Virus record (IMG/VR): IMGVR_UViG_2906128962_000004
Coordinates: 1-64,000 of that record
DNA length: 64,000 bases
Strand: one strand, 5' to 3'
Source of the DNA: a virus
Lineage: Duplodnaviria; Caudoviricetes
Every line of letters starts with the position of its first letter. Position 1 is the first letter of the stretch. Under the pieces are notes generated by a model. The model did no database searches and was not told where the DNA came from. It worked only from the letters and a program-made list of their open reading frames with translations. Position numbers and translations under genes: made by a program. Below, one piece after another: positions 35,943 to 45,872 of this stretch.

Positions 35943-36803
35943 ATGTCAGATAGCCGTACGGGCGAAGCCGTCTATAAGGAATTTATAGAGTTCCGAGACG
36001 CGTTCCTGACAGATGCTATGGATGAAGCTTCTGCCTGGAGCACGAATAAATATGGTGAAAAGTTTAGGCCTGTGGTGCTTGTCAGCGCCCGCAGGCTTAA
36101 AAAATGGACTGAAGCTATCGAACAATGGAATAAGTTCGCACAAGAACTCAAGAAATATCCTCAGTTGGGCATCCCAGTTTCGCTATACGAACCAGCTCCG
36201 AAATTCATCTCCGGAGCTATACGCGTGCGTTGTTATGAGCTACCAGCTACTGAGGTAACGACCAAGGCGCGGGAGAAGATCCTTGCAGATTACGACCGTG
36301 AAATTGAGCGGTTTAAGGCTATAGATAATACTAATCCTTACCTTACCCAACTGCAGGATGAACGGAAAACATTCGAAGCCTTACCTCCAAAAACGAAACT
36401 GAGATTACGCCGCACCGGCTACACGGATCTGAATTGCGCATACAGCACAACTGAAGAAAGTCAGATAATGGTGCGCGTATCATCCTCTGGTGTGTTCTTT
36501 GATGAGCGTACTCTTGGACAGGGTTTCACCTTCGGACCTAAAACCAAAAACAGTAAAGCATCGATTTACTCAGAATTGAGCCCCATTCCGCAATCGCTCT
36601 ATCAAAGCATAGATATTTACGACATCGATACTGTTGAAAAGGCAAAAGCTGCACGCAAAAAGTATCGAGAAGAGAATGAACAAGAGATCAAGCGTGAGCA
36701 ATGGTCGCGCTATAACAAAACTCGTGCTGCCAAAAATGCAATCCAGGCTGATGCAGAACATGCGGCAAGCGAGAAAAACCCTTCAGGTAGCAGCCACGAT
36801 TGA
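35943..36803 (+). CDS. c1: C1-like primary repressor
   Basis: GEAVYKEFIEFRDAFL...RPVVLV...W...ELKKYPQLGIP matches recalled P1 C1 (GEQLYQEFVSFRDLFL...RPVVVL...ELEQYPDLNIP); 286 aa. Confidence 0.85.
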   Translation: MSDSRTGEAVYKEFIEFRDAFLTDAMDEASAWSTNKYGEKFRPVVLVSARRLKKWTEAIEQWNKFAQELKKYPQLGIPVSLYEPAPKFISGAIRVRCYELPATEVTTKAREKILADYDREIERFKAIDNTNPYLTQLQDERKTFEALPPKTKLRLRRTGYTDLNCAYSTTEESQIMVRVSSSGVFFDERTLGQGFTFGPKTKNSKASIYSELSPIPQSLYQSIDIYDIDTVEKAKAARKKYREENEQEIKREQWSRYNKTRAAKNAIQADAEHAASEKNPSGSSHD

Positions 36804-36836
36804 CTCGGCCACCAGCGGGCAGCTGGTGGTGTGAGT

Positions 36837-38345
36837 TTAGCTTGCCCTACGTCTACGCAACCATTCCTCGGCTTCAGAACGAGTCTCTTCTTCATCATGG
36901 AAGGTTTCTTCGTTTGCCGGGGTAAAGTCCACCAGCTGCGTGAAGCAATATACATCCCAGTGATCCGGCGATTTGATGTTGAGCTTCTCGCGCATCTGCT
37001 CTTTCGGCACCATATACCATTGACCGGCTTCATTTAGGCCGCATGGGATCTTACATGCTTGGTCGACAGCCTTCCCCCCTTTATCAAACTTGAGTCGTCC
37101 CTGCTGTACGGCCATTTTGGCCATGATGTTTGCATATGCACGCTGGTTGATGAATCGCTCTTTGTCCTTCTTGGTGTGCATCCGTTTACCCCAGCGGATT
37201 CGCTGGGCGATGATGCCGTGTTTTTCTTCCAGTACATCAGCAGTGGTCGCGCCAACGCCGTCGCCATCGATGGCGATCTGAATATTGGGGTATTTCTCCG
37301 GGTCACATTCACTGAAAATGAAGTCTGCAAAACGTGACGGTGTAACAGTGGCTTCCATCTCCTTAACCAGATGAGGGACTACGCGCCGGTGTTTGCCATA
37401 TCCGGATACCCTGAAGATGCCCATTACTGATTTATCGCGGCCATTACCTACGTCACAGCAACAGATCCAGCCCCAGCCCATTGCAAGGGGAACTTTACGC
37501 CGCTGCGCACGTTCACACTCATCACGGCCAAGCAGATAGCCGGAAAGCGAGCTGGGGAATTCACCGCGTACCTTAATGAGGTATTCCGGTGACTCCCGGC
37601 CACCATAGTCCACCAGCTTTTCACGGATGAATTTCAGCGTTACGAGAGGCGATTCTTCAGAGTTAAGCTTAATCGCGTTGTATAGCCCATTCGGGTTGGC
37701 TTCTGTGCGCGCCAGGCGATGGTGAGAGTCGTAGAATTCACCAGCAGTACGCGTCGGCTGCGAGATGAGCATCAGCCGGTTGTCGTCCTGCGTCAGCGCA
37801 CCTTTGATAATACCGAATGCCTTATCCGATACGCCTGACGCTTCATCGATGATGTAAAGCAGGTGCTCTGCGTGCTCACCGGCGAGTGCTTCTTCGTTCC
37901 CCAGTCGGAAGCCTTTAGCGATAACTTCCCAGCTACCCTTCGACGCGTTCTCGTAAAAAGTAACATCGGCCAGGGTGAAGTATTGACCTAACCATGGGAA
38001 CCGCTTCAGGCATTCTTTCCAGTTCTGCCGGATGTACTTAAAGATACCGGTTTTAACCTGCTGCAGTTTGTTGGCCACGATGATGATACGAGACTCTGGG
38101 AAGAACATCAGGTAGCACAAGATCATGATAGCGGTCATGTCGGACTTACCCGTACCATGCCCGGAGGAAACCGTCGTCCAGCTGCCGGTCTGCTGAACTG
38201 ATTCGATAATTTCCTCCTGCTGCCAGGTGGGGATCTTATTAAACAAGACTTCAGCAGCGGTTACCCAGTCATAACGATACAGTTTAACCAGCTCCTGCCA
38301 GCGCGGGTCTTCAGTGATTGAGCGCCTAGTTATGGCTGCCATCAT
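36837..38345 (-). CDS. pacB: Terminase large subunit PacB
   Basis: SGHGTGKS Walker A, YIIDEASG Walker B, CDVG/DGDG/SPDHWD nuclease motifs. Confidence 0.95.
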   Translation of the reverse strand: MMAAITRRSITEDPRWQELVKLYRYDWVTAAEVLFNKIPTWQQEEIIESVQQTGSWTTVSSGHGTGKSDMTAIMILCYLMFFPESRIIIVANKLQQVKTGIFKYIRQNWKECLKRFPWLGQYFTLADVTFYENASKGSWEVIAKGFRLGNEEALAGEHAEHLLYIIDEASGVSDKAFGIIKGALTQDDNRLMLISQPTRTAGEFYDSHHRLARTEANPNGLYNAIKLNSEESPLVTLKFIREKLVDYGGRESPEYLIKVRGEFPSSLSGYLLGRDECERAQRRKVPLAMGWGWICCCDVGNGRDKSVMGIFRVSGYGKHRRVVPHLVKEMEATVTPSRFADFIFSECDPEKYPNIQIAIDGDGVGATTADVLEEKHGIIAQRIRWGKRMHTKKDKERFINQRAYANIMAKMAVQQGRLKFDKGGKAVDQACKIPCGLNEAGQWYMVPKEQMREKLNIKSPDHWDVYCFTQLVDFTPANEETFHDEEETRSEAEEWLRRRRAS

Positions 38346-39546
38346 CGCCCCCGTACAGCAGGTTATTTACCTCATCATCTGGTATTTCGTCGTCGGCAAA
38401 TTGTGCAGTTAGGTTGATATCGTTAAGAGAACCGTCAGCAGCGACATCACCAAACCCGCCACCATCCACCAGGAGATTTACAGCCTCGCGTTTCTCCGCC
38501 ATAAGTTGTTCGTGCTGAGCATGGCGAATTGCGCGCGCCTCCCTGGCTTGGCGGTCCAGTTCTTCCGGGTCATAAGCCACAGCTTTAACCTTGTCGGACT
38601 CACCATCTTTCACCTCTTTACGTGCCATCTCCATGAGTAGCGCCGGAACCTTATAGCCATGGGTCTCGATGTAGATCGCGGTATCAACAGCACTCCAGCC
38701 GTTTTCCTTTCGCTGCTGGTACGCTTGCATGATTCGTTCAGGCTCTTCTGTTTTGCGGTCGTGCAGCTCTTGCTCGCGCTTGTTCTTCGCATAGCTCTGA
38801 CGAATGCCCGCTAACGATCGTGCGGTGTCATTGATGGCACCCGCCGCGGCCGCGGCAACAGAGAGAGCTTTCGTTATTGGGTTCGGTCCGGATTCATCAT
38901 CATCACCTGATGCCGGTGGTTGTTCGGTAAGGAAGGTAAGGACCGCTTTCACAGTGCGGTTAAGGCAGAACAGGTTAACGAGGGATGATTCGATGGCCAT
39001 AGCCTCAATATCATCAACACCGGCTGCTGCTATCAGCTTTCGGGCTTCCTCCATGTCTTCATCGCTGGGGATTATGGAAGCTTCCAGAATCTGGCTACCG
39101 GCCATGTATTGATCACGTGTACGTCCCGATTTCGTCTTGGTCGATACTGCATTGATCAATTTCCCGACCAGCACAGCCTCTTCCGTTTGCCCAGCTTCGA
39201 CGCGCGCGTGTCTTCCGGCCTCTTTAACTTTCAGGCTTAATTCATTGATTTCCTGAGATAAATTTTTATTCTGCTTCGAGGGTTTGTGATCGCTTTTGCG
39301 CTTACCTGACTTTTTTTGATCATTTGATCGTTTTCCTGCCTTTTTAACGATCTGATCAGCTGGTCGCTGGTCTTGAACCTTACCTAATTGAGTCGTGCCT
39401 TCCCCCAGGTAGCGACGTGCGGTATTAGGGTTTAAACCATAGGTAAGTGCATATTCCTTAATAGATATTTTCTCGCCAGCGGCGCGCATTTCCGCATAGC
39501 GATTTCTATGTTCTGACCAGTCCGTTTTTACTGCCACTGCGATCAC
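38326..39546 (-). CDS. pacA: Terminase small subunit PacA
   Basis: 406 aa, N-terminal HTH ([19 protein letters not shown]), upstream of pacB. Confidence 0.85.
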   Translation of the reverse strand: MIAVAVKTDWSEHRNRYAEMRAAGEKISIKEYALTYGLNPNTARRYLGEGTTQLGKVQDQRPADQIVKKAGKRSNDQKKSGKRKSDHKPSKQNKNLSQEINELSLKVKEAGRHARVEAGQTEEAVLVGKLINAVSTKTKSGRTRDQYMAGSQILEASIIPSDEDMEEARKLIAAAGVDDIEAMAIESSLVNLFCLNRTVKAVLTFLTEQPPASGDDDESGPNPITKALSVAAAAAGAINDTARSLAGIRQSYAKNKREQELHDRKTEEPERIMQAYQQRKENGWSAVDTAIYIETHGYKVPALLMEMARKEVKDGESDKVKAVAYDPEELDRQAREARAIRHAQHEQLMAEKREAVNLLVDGGGFGDVAADGSLNDINLTAQFADDEIPDDEVNNLLYGGDDGSHN

Positions 39547-39596
39547 CCCTTTACAACGATGATCGCAGTCTACTGATCGTTACATCTCAATTGATC
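39288..39596. other. pac packaging region with two GATC clusters
   Basis: GATC at 39288, 39318, 39326, 39349, 39354 and 39541, 39561, 39575, 39593, at the 5' end of pacA. Confidence 0.75.
39567..39585 (-). promoter_or_regulatory. P1-type late promoter for pacAB containing a GATC
   Basis: Minus strand ATGTAACGAT-CAG-TAGACT. Confidence 0.65.
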
Positions 39597-39756
39597 ACTT
39601 TTGATTGGTATTAGCTGTCATTTCAACAACCAAAAAACAGACATATTTATGTTATTTACTGGTTGGTTTATTGATTTTCTCGGTGGTTTTTGTAACATGT
39701 GACTCGCTATTTCAATCAATCACAAGCAGTTAGCGTTAAACGCAAGGATTAACACT

Positions 39757-40848
39757 ATGTCTAAATCACCAATTTTTGTGGCTGTCGACGGCGGCTCCGG
39801 CAATATCGCACTTCGTTTTGAAAATGAACAAGGCGAGCTGAAAACGCACATCAGCCCTGCGCTGGTTCGTCGTGGCCTGCTCCAGCATGGGACTCAGGAA
39901 TCATCTACAACCTGGCGTACCGATGAAGACGAAATCTACTCGGTTACCAATGACGCAACCAGCATTGAGCTGGTCAACACCTGTGATCCAGAATACCAAC
40001 TGAGTCCGGCCAACCGCGTGCTGGTGCTTAATGCGCTCAGCCGCGCCGGGTTAGGTGGGCGTGACGTGGTTCTGGCCGATACGCTGCCAGCGGATCAGTA
40101 TTACGGTGATAACGGCATCAACAAAGTACGCATTGAGGCCAAGAAAAATAGCTTGCTGCGTGCCGTCGAGAACTACTCTGGCTCAGCTGCTGCGCCGAAC
40201 ATCAAACACGTGGCCATTTACCCTGAAGCGGTCACAGCGTACGTCAGTGCAACGGTAATGCCAGACGGTAGCGAAAACCCCGCGTTCGAAGGCGTACAGC
40301 GCTGCATGATTGTAGATCTCGGTCGCTTCACCTGTGACATTGCTATCGTTACCAACGAGCTGGAAATCCTCAACCGTGTCACTACAGAGCACGGTATCCA
40401 CGTGATGATTAAGCGCCTTCATCATCTGCTGCAAGAGCACCAGGAGGCGCTCAATCTGCCTGAAGCCAAAGAGATTAGCCTGTCTGCCCTCGATGGTTTT
40501 ATCGAACGTGGGTATGCCGGTAGCCAGGCGGCTTCGCGAGCACATCTCCGCCGTGATATTCGCCATTTAGTCGAGCAAGCAGCGCGCGAGCTGGCGAACG
40601 ATATCCGCAATGACATTCGCAGCCTGCACCGCAACATGACCGACATCGATATGCTGCTGTTTGTCGGTGGTGGCGCGAACTGGCTGGGCGGGAAACTGGA
40701 CTATCTGCCAGACTTCTCTAAAGAGTGGCACGATTACACGTACATTCCGGATGAACCTCAGTTCGCCGTAGTTCGTGGCGTACACCTTCTGCTCCAGAAC
40801 GCACAAACGCGCATTCTGCAAGATTTAGCGGAAACTGCGGAGGCTTAA
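39757..40848 (+). CDS. parM: Actin-like plasmid segregation ATPase (ParM/StbA family)
   Basis: VAVDGGSG phosphate-1, IYPEAVTAY, IVDLGRFTCD phosphate-2, FVGGGA. Confidence 0.88.
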   Translation: MSKSPIFVAVDGGSGNIALRFENEQGELKTHISPALVRRGLLQHGTQESSTTWRTDEDEIYSVTNDATSIELVNTCDPEYQLSPANRVLVLNALSRAGLGGRDVVLADTLPADQYYGDNGINKVRIEAKKNSLLRAVENYSGSAAAPNIKHVAIYPEAVTAYVSATVMPDGSENPAFEGVQRCMIVDLGRFTCDIAIVTNELEILNRVTTEHGIHVMIKRLHHLLQEHQEALNLPEAKEISLSALDGFIERGYAGSQAASRAHLRRDIRHLVEQAARELANDIRNDIRSLHRNMTDIDMLLFVGGGANWLGGKLDYLPDFSKEWHDYTYIPDEPQFAVVRGVHLLLQNAQTRILQDLAETAEA

Positions 40849-40849
40849 T

Positions 40850-41320
40850 ATGTCAGGAAGCGACACCAAGGCGAAACGTGATGTGTTGTCTATCAACATC
40901 ACCGAGGATTTGAAGCGATCGGCGGCTTCGTGTCGCTTCATTGATGAGTATCGTGCCACCAGCGACCGCAGTGCAAAGCGCATCAAAATTGTCAGTGCTT
41001 TGACAGCTGGCCAGATTTTGCAGGAATGCGATCTGATGGCCGTTATTGGCTTTATCGACACAGAGGCATTTACCAGACTCGATATTGATCAAAAGAGAAT
41101 GATGCTGCTGGCGAGAATGCAGGAGTTCATGGGGGTCACAGAGTCAGTTGCTGCGCCGGTGGTTACGACACACAAAGCAGCACCTGTAGCGCAAACTAAA
41201 CCAGTGGCCCCTGCTGTTAAGGAGCCACCAGCAACAACTACTGAAGAAAAGCAGGAAAAAACAGAGGAACAAGGTTCAGCTAGAGTGAGTCGCTTCGCTA
41301 ACCGCTTGCCCGGTGCTTGA
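40850..41320 (+). CDS. ParR/StbB-like partner protein
   Basis: 156 aa, coupled to parM; low-complexity C-terminus ending RVSRFANRLPGA. Confidence 0.6.
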   Translation: MSGSDTKAKRDVLSINITEDLKRSAASCRFIDEYRATSDRSAKRIKIVSALTAGQILQECDLMAVIGFIDTEAFTRLDIDQKRMMLLARMQEFMGVTESVAAPVVTTHKAAPVAQTKPVAPAVKEPPATTTEEKQEKTEEQGSARVSRFANRLPGA

Positions 41321-41713
41321 TGTATTTCGCGATGTATACAGCATCAACCGCGTCAAATAAGCACCTGCTCTTTCCTTCTCATCCTCATCCATAAGCATTT
41401 TTTCACGGCGGTCCGGAGGGATTCTCTCCGGATTTCTGCAACGCCTGAAGAATGCATCATCTATCCGTGTTAAGTAAAACGTTCGTGGGCGTACAGACAG
41501 GTCTACTACGCAATCTGAGTTGTGCGACAAGGCAATAGATCGCATTCTCAGGTAAATATTACGTAACGATGAGTGGTATTGCGGATACTTTAATTTAAGC
41601 CCTTCAGCTACTTCTCTTGCTGTGGCCGGTCTACCAAGCTCAATTAGATACTGCGAAATTTCCCACGACGTTAGCCTATTGTGCTTTGCCAAATAGACAC
41701 CTCGCCGAGACAA
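41276..41713 (-). CDS. lpa: Late promoter activator Lpa (gp10)-like
   Basis: RLTSWEIS...IYLRMRSIA...RPRTF...FFRR...DEKER resembles recalled P1 Lpa; position upstream of pacA. Confidence 0.72.
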   Translation of the reverse strand: MSRRGVYLAKHNRLTSWEISQYLIELGRPATAREVAEGLKLKYPQYHSSLRNIYLRMRSIALSHNSDCVVDLSVRPRTFYLTRIDDAFFRRCRNPERIPPDRREKMLMDEDEKERAGAYLTRLMLYTSRNTSSTGQAVSEATHSS

Positions 41714-41728
41714 CAGATTGTACTAATG
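41713..41728 (+). promoter_or_regulatory. Candidate C1-type operator at lpa
   Basis: ACAGATTGTACTAATG; second copy ACAGAACATACTAAGC at 41929-41944. Confidence 0.6.
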
Positions 41729-42138
41729 CAAAAGGGATTCTACTGACGACATGCCTGTTTTTCAAACGACATTAATCACAGACAAGAAAAAGGCGCATTA
41801 AGCGCCTTGATTCATGGAATTTTAGTATGCACAAAGATTACCGATGGCTACTCACAAAAGAATCTTGGAATGGACTCGACTAAGCACATTACAAAACCCC
41901 TCAGAAGCTATGCCGCACACATCTTATTACAGAACATACTAAGCATTCAATGGGTAAACGATCAGTTAGTAGCGTTTCCGAGCGTGCGGCCAATCAAGTC
42001 ACATCACCAGAGAGTACAGCCAGACTCCCCAGACAGGTATAGCAACAAAGGTGAGCGTGTAAACAAACACCTTCTGGAAATAACCCATAATTCTTTCCTA
42101 TCTTAGCAAGAAAGCCCGCTTGTGCGGGCTGTATCCTG

Positions 42139-42519
42139 TCAGTCGTCTATCAGTTGGGTAACGCGGCAGTCGTACAGTTTGGCCAGTTTTTCGAGAGTCG
42201 CCTTTTGTGGCTTGCTTCGCTTTTCCATGTTCGCTACGCCCGCCTGAGTGATGCCTAGCGCCTCTGCTACGGCCTCCTGAGATAAACCGCGATACATGCG
42301 CCAGGCCGCTTGTAAGGTCACGCCTTTTTTAATCTGAAAGCCTACGACTTCATGAGGGATTGTTTCATCGTCGTTCGGGCCTTCTGTGTATGGGACGGCT
42401 TCATACAGCTCATCCAGATCAGAAGTGGCCACCAGCTTATTAAACAAATCAATCGGTATCACTACTGATTGACGTGCGCCGTTTTCGTCGGTCAAAAATT
42501 GTATGTTTCTCATTCTCAC
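42139..42519 (-). CDS. HigA-like XRE/HTH antitoxin
   Basis: LQAAWRMYRGLSQEAVAEALGITQAGVANMEK HTH. Confidence 0.85.
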   Translation of the reverse strand: MRMRNIQFLTDENGARQSVVIPIDLFNKLVATSDLDELYEAVPYTEGPNDDETIPHEVVGFQIKKGVTLQAAWRMYRGLSQEAVAEALGITQAGVANMEKRSKPQKATLEKLAKLYDCRVTQLIDD

Positions 42520-42583
42520 GGGTCTCGTAAATATTGGAGAAAGTCGCTTTCTCGCTGGGTTGGGCGGGTTTCCCCGCCTCGCC

Positions 42584-42847
42584 TTAGTACGTATTTGACT
42601 GTCTGCGCATTACCTCATCAATTCGGATTATTGTCGGTTTGCCGTCTATCACTGTGAACAGCACCCTGTATACTCCCACCCTTACCCGATACTCTTTGTC
42701 TTTACTACCTTGCATCTTCTTTAAGTCTAACTGCACATCGGGGAAGTCCTCTAACTCGCTAACCTTGTCAAAAATCATTTCACGGTAGCGGTTATCTATG
42801 CGGGAGAGTTGTTTCTTTGCCTTTTTACTCCATTCAACCTTCGGCAC
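42584..42847 (-). CDS. RelE/HigB-family toxin (toxin-first TA)
   Basis: VEWSKKAKKQL...YRVRVGVYRVLF. Confidence 0.88.
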   Translation of the reverse strand: MPKVEWSKKAKKQLSRIDNRYREMIFDKVSELEDFPDVQLDLKKMQGSKDKEYRVRVGVYRVLFTVIDGKPTIIRIDEVMRRQSNTY

Positions 42848-42880
42848 TTTGTATCCCTCTCGTCGAACTTCGAGATTAAT

Positions 42881-42900
42881 TATAACTATATTTGGTTATA
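42881..42900. promoter_or_regulatory. Inverted-repeat operator of the HigBA-like TA
   Basis: TATAAC-N8-GTTATA; extra TAGTTAT half-sites to 42940. Confidence 0.5.
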
Positions 42901-42966
42901 TTTCAATCTATTTAGTTATTTTTTCGAGGGGTAGTTATATTTTTTCTAAATGGCAGTGACTGCTAT

Positions 42967-43188
42967 TCATACCTTTGACGATTTCATAGCCTTACGTAAC
43001 TTATGCATTTGGTTCAGCGTATTGGAAACACCAGAGCGGGGATGACATGCAGAGAATTTCCCATCCTGCTCAGTCGTGTAGCTCTCCACCAGCGCCATCA
43101 GTGCTGCCTCTGCCTGTTCCATTAGCGCTATAGCCTCATCACGCTGCATAGTACGAACGTCTTTCAGGGTGGGAACCTTATCATCCAC
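42967..43188 (-). CDS. Hypothetical protein
   Basis: 73 aa ORF. Confidence 0.5.
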   Translation of the reverse strand: MDDKVPTLKDVRTMQRDEAIALMEQAEAALMALVESYTTEQDGKFSACHPRSGVSNTLNQMHKLRKAMKSSKV

Positions 43189-43536
43189 ACCTCCACGCGT
43201 AACGCGCAGTAACGGCTGCGAAATCTCATCTTCAATGACGATCAGCGCCTTCTTAAACTCGACTTTAAACCCTTTCTTACAGGCTACAGCTTTAAGGCTG
43301 CTGGACTCCTGCTGATTGGGGGTGGTTTGGGAAACGGAAATTATTGTACGTTAAGAGCATAATTTAACGTTTCTAATAGGTAACTGATTGATTTTTTTTC
43401 ACATGTTATCGCTTATAAGCTGTAGCTGATATTTCGGACAAAAAAAGTTTATCCCTGATATTCGGGAAAAGTGGTGTAGTGGTCATATATACTGGTTGAA
43501 AGTTGCATTGGAGTGGTTTATTTTCCATTTTTAAAG

Positions 43537-44214
43537 TCACTTGCCAGGGCGTTTTGGAATGCGTTTCCCTATCTCTTCGATAGAAGTATCCTGTAAAACA
43601 GCTTTCTCAATAAAGCGTTCCATTGTACGCAACATAGGAATAAAGTCATCAATCTGAGGTGTCCACCCTCTGTGGGCTGCTGCATTACCCGCGTTAGTAA
43701 TTACGTCAAGTTGATCCCGCTCGGTTTTTCCAACATAGCCTTGTTCAAATACAGCGTTCACTTTTTCGAACATCCTTAAATTTGGGTTAATACCTATAAT
43801 CTCTGTCGTCCTGTCAAACGCAGTTCGAAGACCGATTGAAGCAAGAATAAACAAACCGTGTTCAGCCGCGCTATAAACCTCACATAAAATTTTATAAAGG
43901 ACCTCATCTTTTCCATTAATGAACAGTCCCCACATAGGCCGTTCAAATGCTTTATTCGAATCGGGTATTGTGCTTATCATATGGAACTGCTTGCCAATAA
44001 CTACAGCGTCAATCTTATCGTAGCTCCACGCATCACGGTAATAAAAAACCAATTCGCAACCGCAACATTCTAATATCTTATGATCTATTCCGTAATTGTG
44101 TTCAATACCGCTAGCATTAATCAAATTGGCAACTTGTTTTTGGCCATGTACAAGTGTGTTGCACTCTCTTTGGCATAAAGGGCATTTTGTCTTAAATTTA
44201 GGTGGGGTGGGCAT
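43537..44214 (-). CDS. DUF4145/HEPN-like protein with N-terminal Zn finger
   Basis: CPLC...CCGC; ASIGLRTAFD...ITNAGNAAAH motif; AT-rich. Confidence 0.75.
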   Translation of the reverse strand: MPTPPKFKTKCPLCQRECNTLVHGQKQVANLINASGIEHNYGIDHKILECCGCELVFYYRDAWSYDKIDAVVIGKQFHMISTIPDSNKAFERPMWGLFINGKDEVLYKILCEVYSAAEHGLFILASIGLRTAFDRTTEIIGINPNLRMFEKVNAVFEQGYVGKTERDQLDVITNAGNAAAHRGWTPQIDDFIPMLRTMERFIEKAVLQDTSIEEIGKRIPKRPGK

Positions 44215-44303
44215 TTTTTACTCAATCTTCGCTAAATGATTAATTCAATTTATCATAATTTTCTGATACTTCAGAATGCCAGTAGTTAGATACTTTTAAT
44301 ATG

Positions 44304-44459
44304 TTAGTCCGGTTTAGCAAACAAGTTAAGCGTAGCATAATTTCCGATTTCCAAACTGGCCCTTGATTTGTATGGGGCTAACAGAATCGGTTCCCCAATA
44401 TCCATGCTTTCAAGCGCAGTAAGCGCTGCGGTACGAGTAGCGTAATTACGAATGGTCAT
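44304..44459 (-). CDS. Small hypothetical protein (not in ORF track)
   Basis: MTIRNYATRTAALTALESMDIGEPILLAPYKSRASLEIGNYATLNLFAKPD; ATGA overlap. Confidence 0.45.
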   Translation of the reverse strand: MTIRNYATRTAALTALESMDIGEPILLAPYKSRASLEIGNYATLNLFAKPD

Positions 44460-45838
44460 TTGAATGACTCCATATCAAAGGCGCGGGTAAAAGCCTCCCG
44501 CGAGTGGCTGCTGGTGGCTGAAGATAATGCCTGGCGCAAGTGTTGCTCATCGTATCCGTCATTTATGAACACCACGATCTTACTTTCAAGCCGCTGCTTG
44601 GCTTCGGACAGTTTGGCGTCTTTGTTATTACGCATGAAGCGCTGCATGTAATCACAAATTATCCGTAGCGGTGTCGTAATGTCAGTGTTAGCACCAGTAT
44701 TCATTCCACCACTAAAAGCTTTCTGTTCAGGAGTACGAGCTAAATCTGTAAAAGAGTCGCGGTGTATCTCTACCCCATACACTTTCACGATCCGGTTGAA
44801 CGTGTGACGGATCGCATAGTCGATCACCTCTTTCAGCCTCGCGCCGGTGTGTTCACGGCGAAAACCTTTGATATCGCTTCGTAGAATTGCCAGATCTGTA
44901 TCCACTTTGTCATTGAGGCTCAGCGCCTCGATGTGGTCGCGTTCTATCATGAGTTCTTGTGTTGCGACATCGGCATTGCTATATGCCCACTGCTCGGCAT
45001 ATGCCATCGCTTGCTCTGCTGTGAGAGATTCCATTTCACGAACAAAAGTGATTTCCTCATCCATTTTTAACGCTTCGTCATAAGCGTATTCGAGTTCAAT
45101 TAAACGACCTATTTCGTCGGCGTTATCCCATGCGTCGTGCATCATTTGCGCATCCATTGTTAAAGCTTCTGAGTGGGCAGCATCAATTTCATCAGAGGAA
45201 ACTACCGGCGCAACAGCAAAGGCTACATAAATCTGATCATCGCTCATATCTTCCAGCTCGTGTTTACGCGCTTCGGTCGGTTTAACGCGGTCGTTGAAGA
45301 AACCAGAAAACAGCTCGTTGTGGTGTGCATCGCGAGCCGCTTGCAAGTGTGCAGGACGCGGCGGGCAGTCGTTTAAAATTTCGCGTACTTTAACGCGGGC
45401 GTCGTATTCCCCCATCAAGTCAGTCGCCGGGATAACATCCCCGATTTTCGGCAACGTGGTAACGACCGCTTTCATGTGCAGCTTAGAACCGCAGTAAACG
45501 ACATCACCTGGGTGGAAAAGGTTATCGACGCCTACCGAGCCTTTAATGGTGATTTCGAACTCAGCCGGGGCAACTGGCTTAGTCATGAACTCTTTAACGC
45601 CAGCTTTAGCTTCTTTGTATGCCGCTTTGAACTGGTCAACGTCACTCAGGTCGATCCACCAGCCACAACCGAAACCATCGTCGTAGCATGGGCAACCGTC
45701 ATTACTCCAACCGGCAGCCGTAAGCATGTCATCCATTGCTTCCAGGATGGTCGCAGGTGCGTTCTCGATAGTGAAATGGTGTTTGCGGCCGCGCAGGTCA
45801 GGGTTTGCGGTAGTTGTAGCGTTGCGAATCAGTTTCAT
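44456..45838 (-). CDS. Mosaic phage protein with xxEALx(M/L)(D/N) repeats (P1 PdcB-like)
   Basis: AHSEALTMD, AYDEALKMD, DHIEALSLN. Confidence 0.6.
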   Translation of the reverse strand: MKLIRNATTTANPDLRGRKHHFTIENAPATILEAMDDMLTAAGWSNDGCPCYDDGFGCGWWIDLSDVDQFKAAYKEAKAGVKEFMTKPVAPAEFEITIKGSVGVDNLFHPGDVVYCGSKLHMKAVVTTLPKIGDVIPATDLMGEYDARVKVREILNDCPPRPAHLQAARDAHHNELFSGFFNDRVKPTEARKHELEDMSDDQIYVAFAVAPVVSSDEIDAAHSEALTMDAQMMHDAWDNADEIGRLIELEYAYDEALKMDEEITFVREMESLTAEQAMAYAEQWAYSNADVATQELMIERDHIEALSLNDKVDTDLAILRSDIKGFRREHTGARLKEVIDYAIRHTFNRIVKVYGVEIHRDSFTDLARTPEQKAFSGGMNTGANTDITTPLRIICDYMQRFMRNNKDAKLSEAKQRLESKIVVFINDGYDEQHLRQALSSATSSHSREAFTRAFDMESFK

Positions 45839-45872
45839 CGTCTTTTCCTCAATTTATCGTGGCGCAGTCGTC

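Noticed and set aside
39597-39756. Possible parC centromere (TTGATTGGT-like words) upstream of parM
   Set aside because: Only loose, irregularly spaced matches; cannot be told from background by eye
41807-42106. 99-aa plus-strand ORF
   Set aside because: AT-rich, no RBS or motif, and it overlaps operator copies in the lpa upstream region
43426-43470. Short direct repeat CTGATATT(T)CGG(A/G)(C/A)AAAA
   Set aside because: Only two imperfect copies and no associated enzyme; insufficient support for a res or operator call
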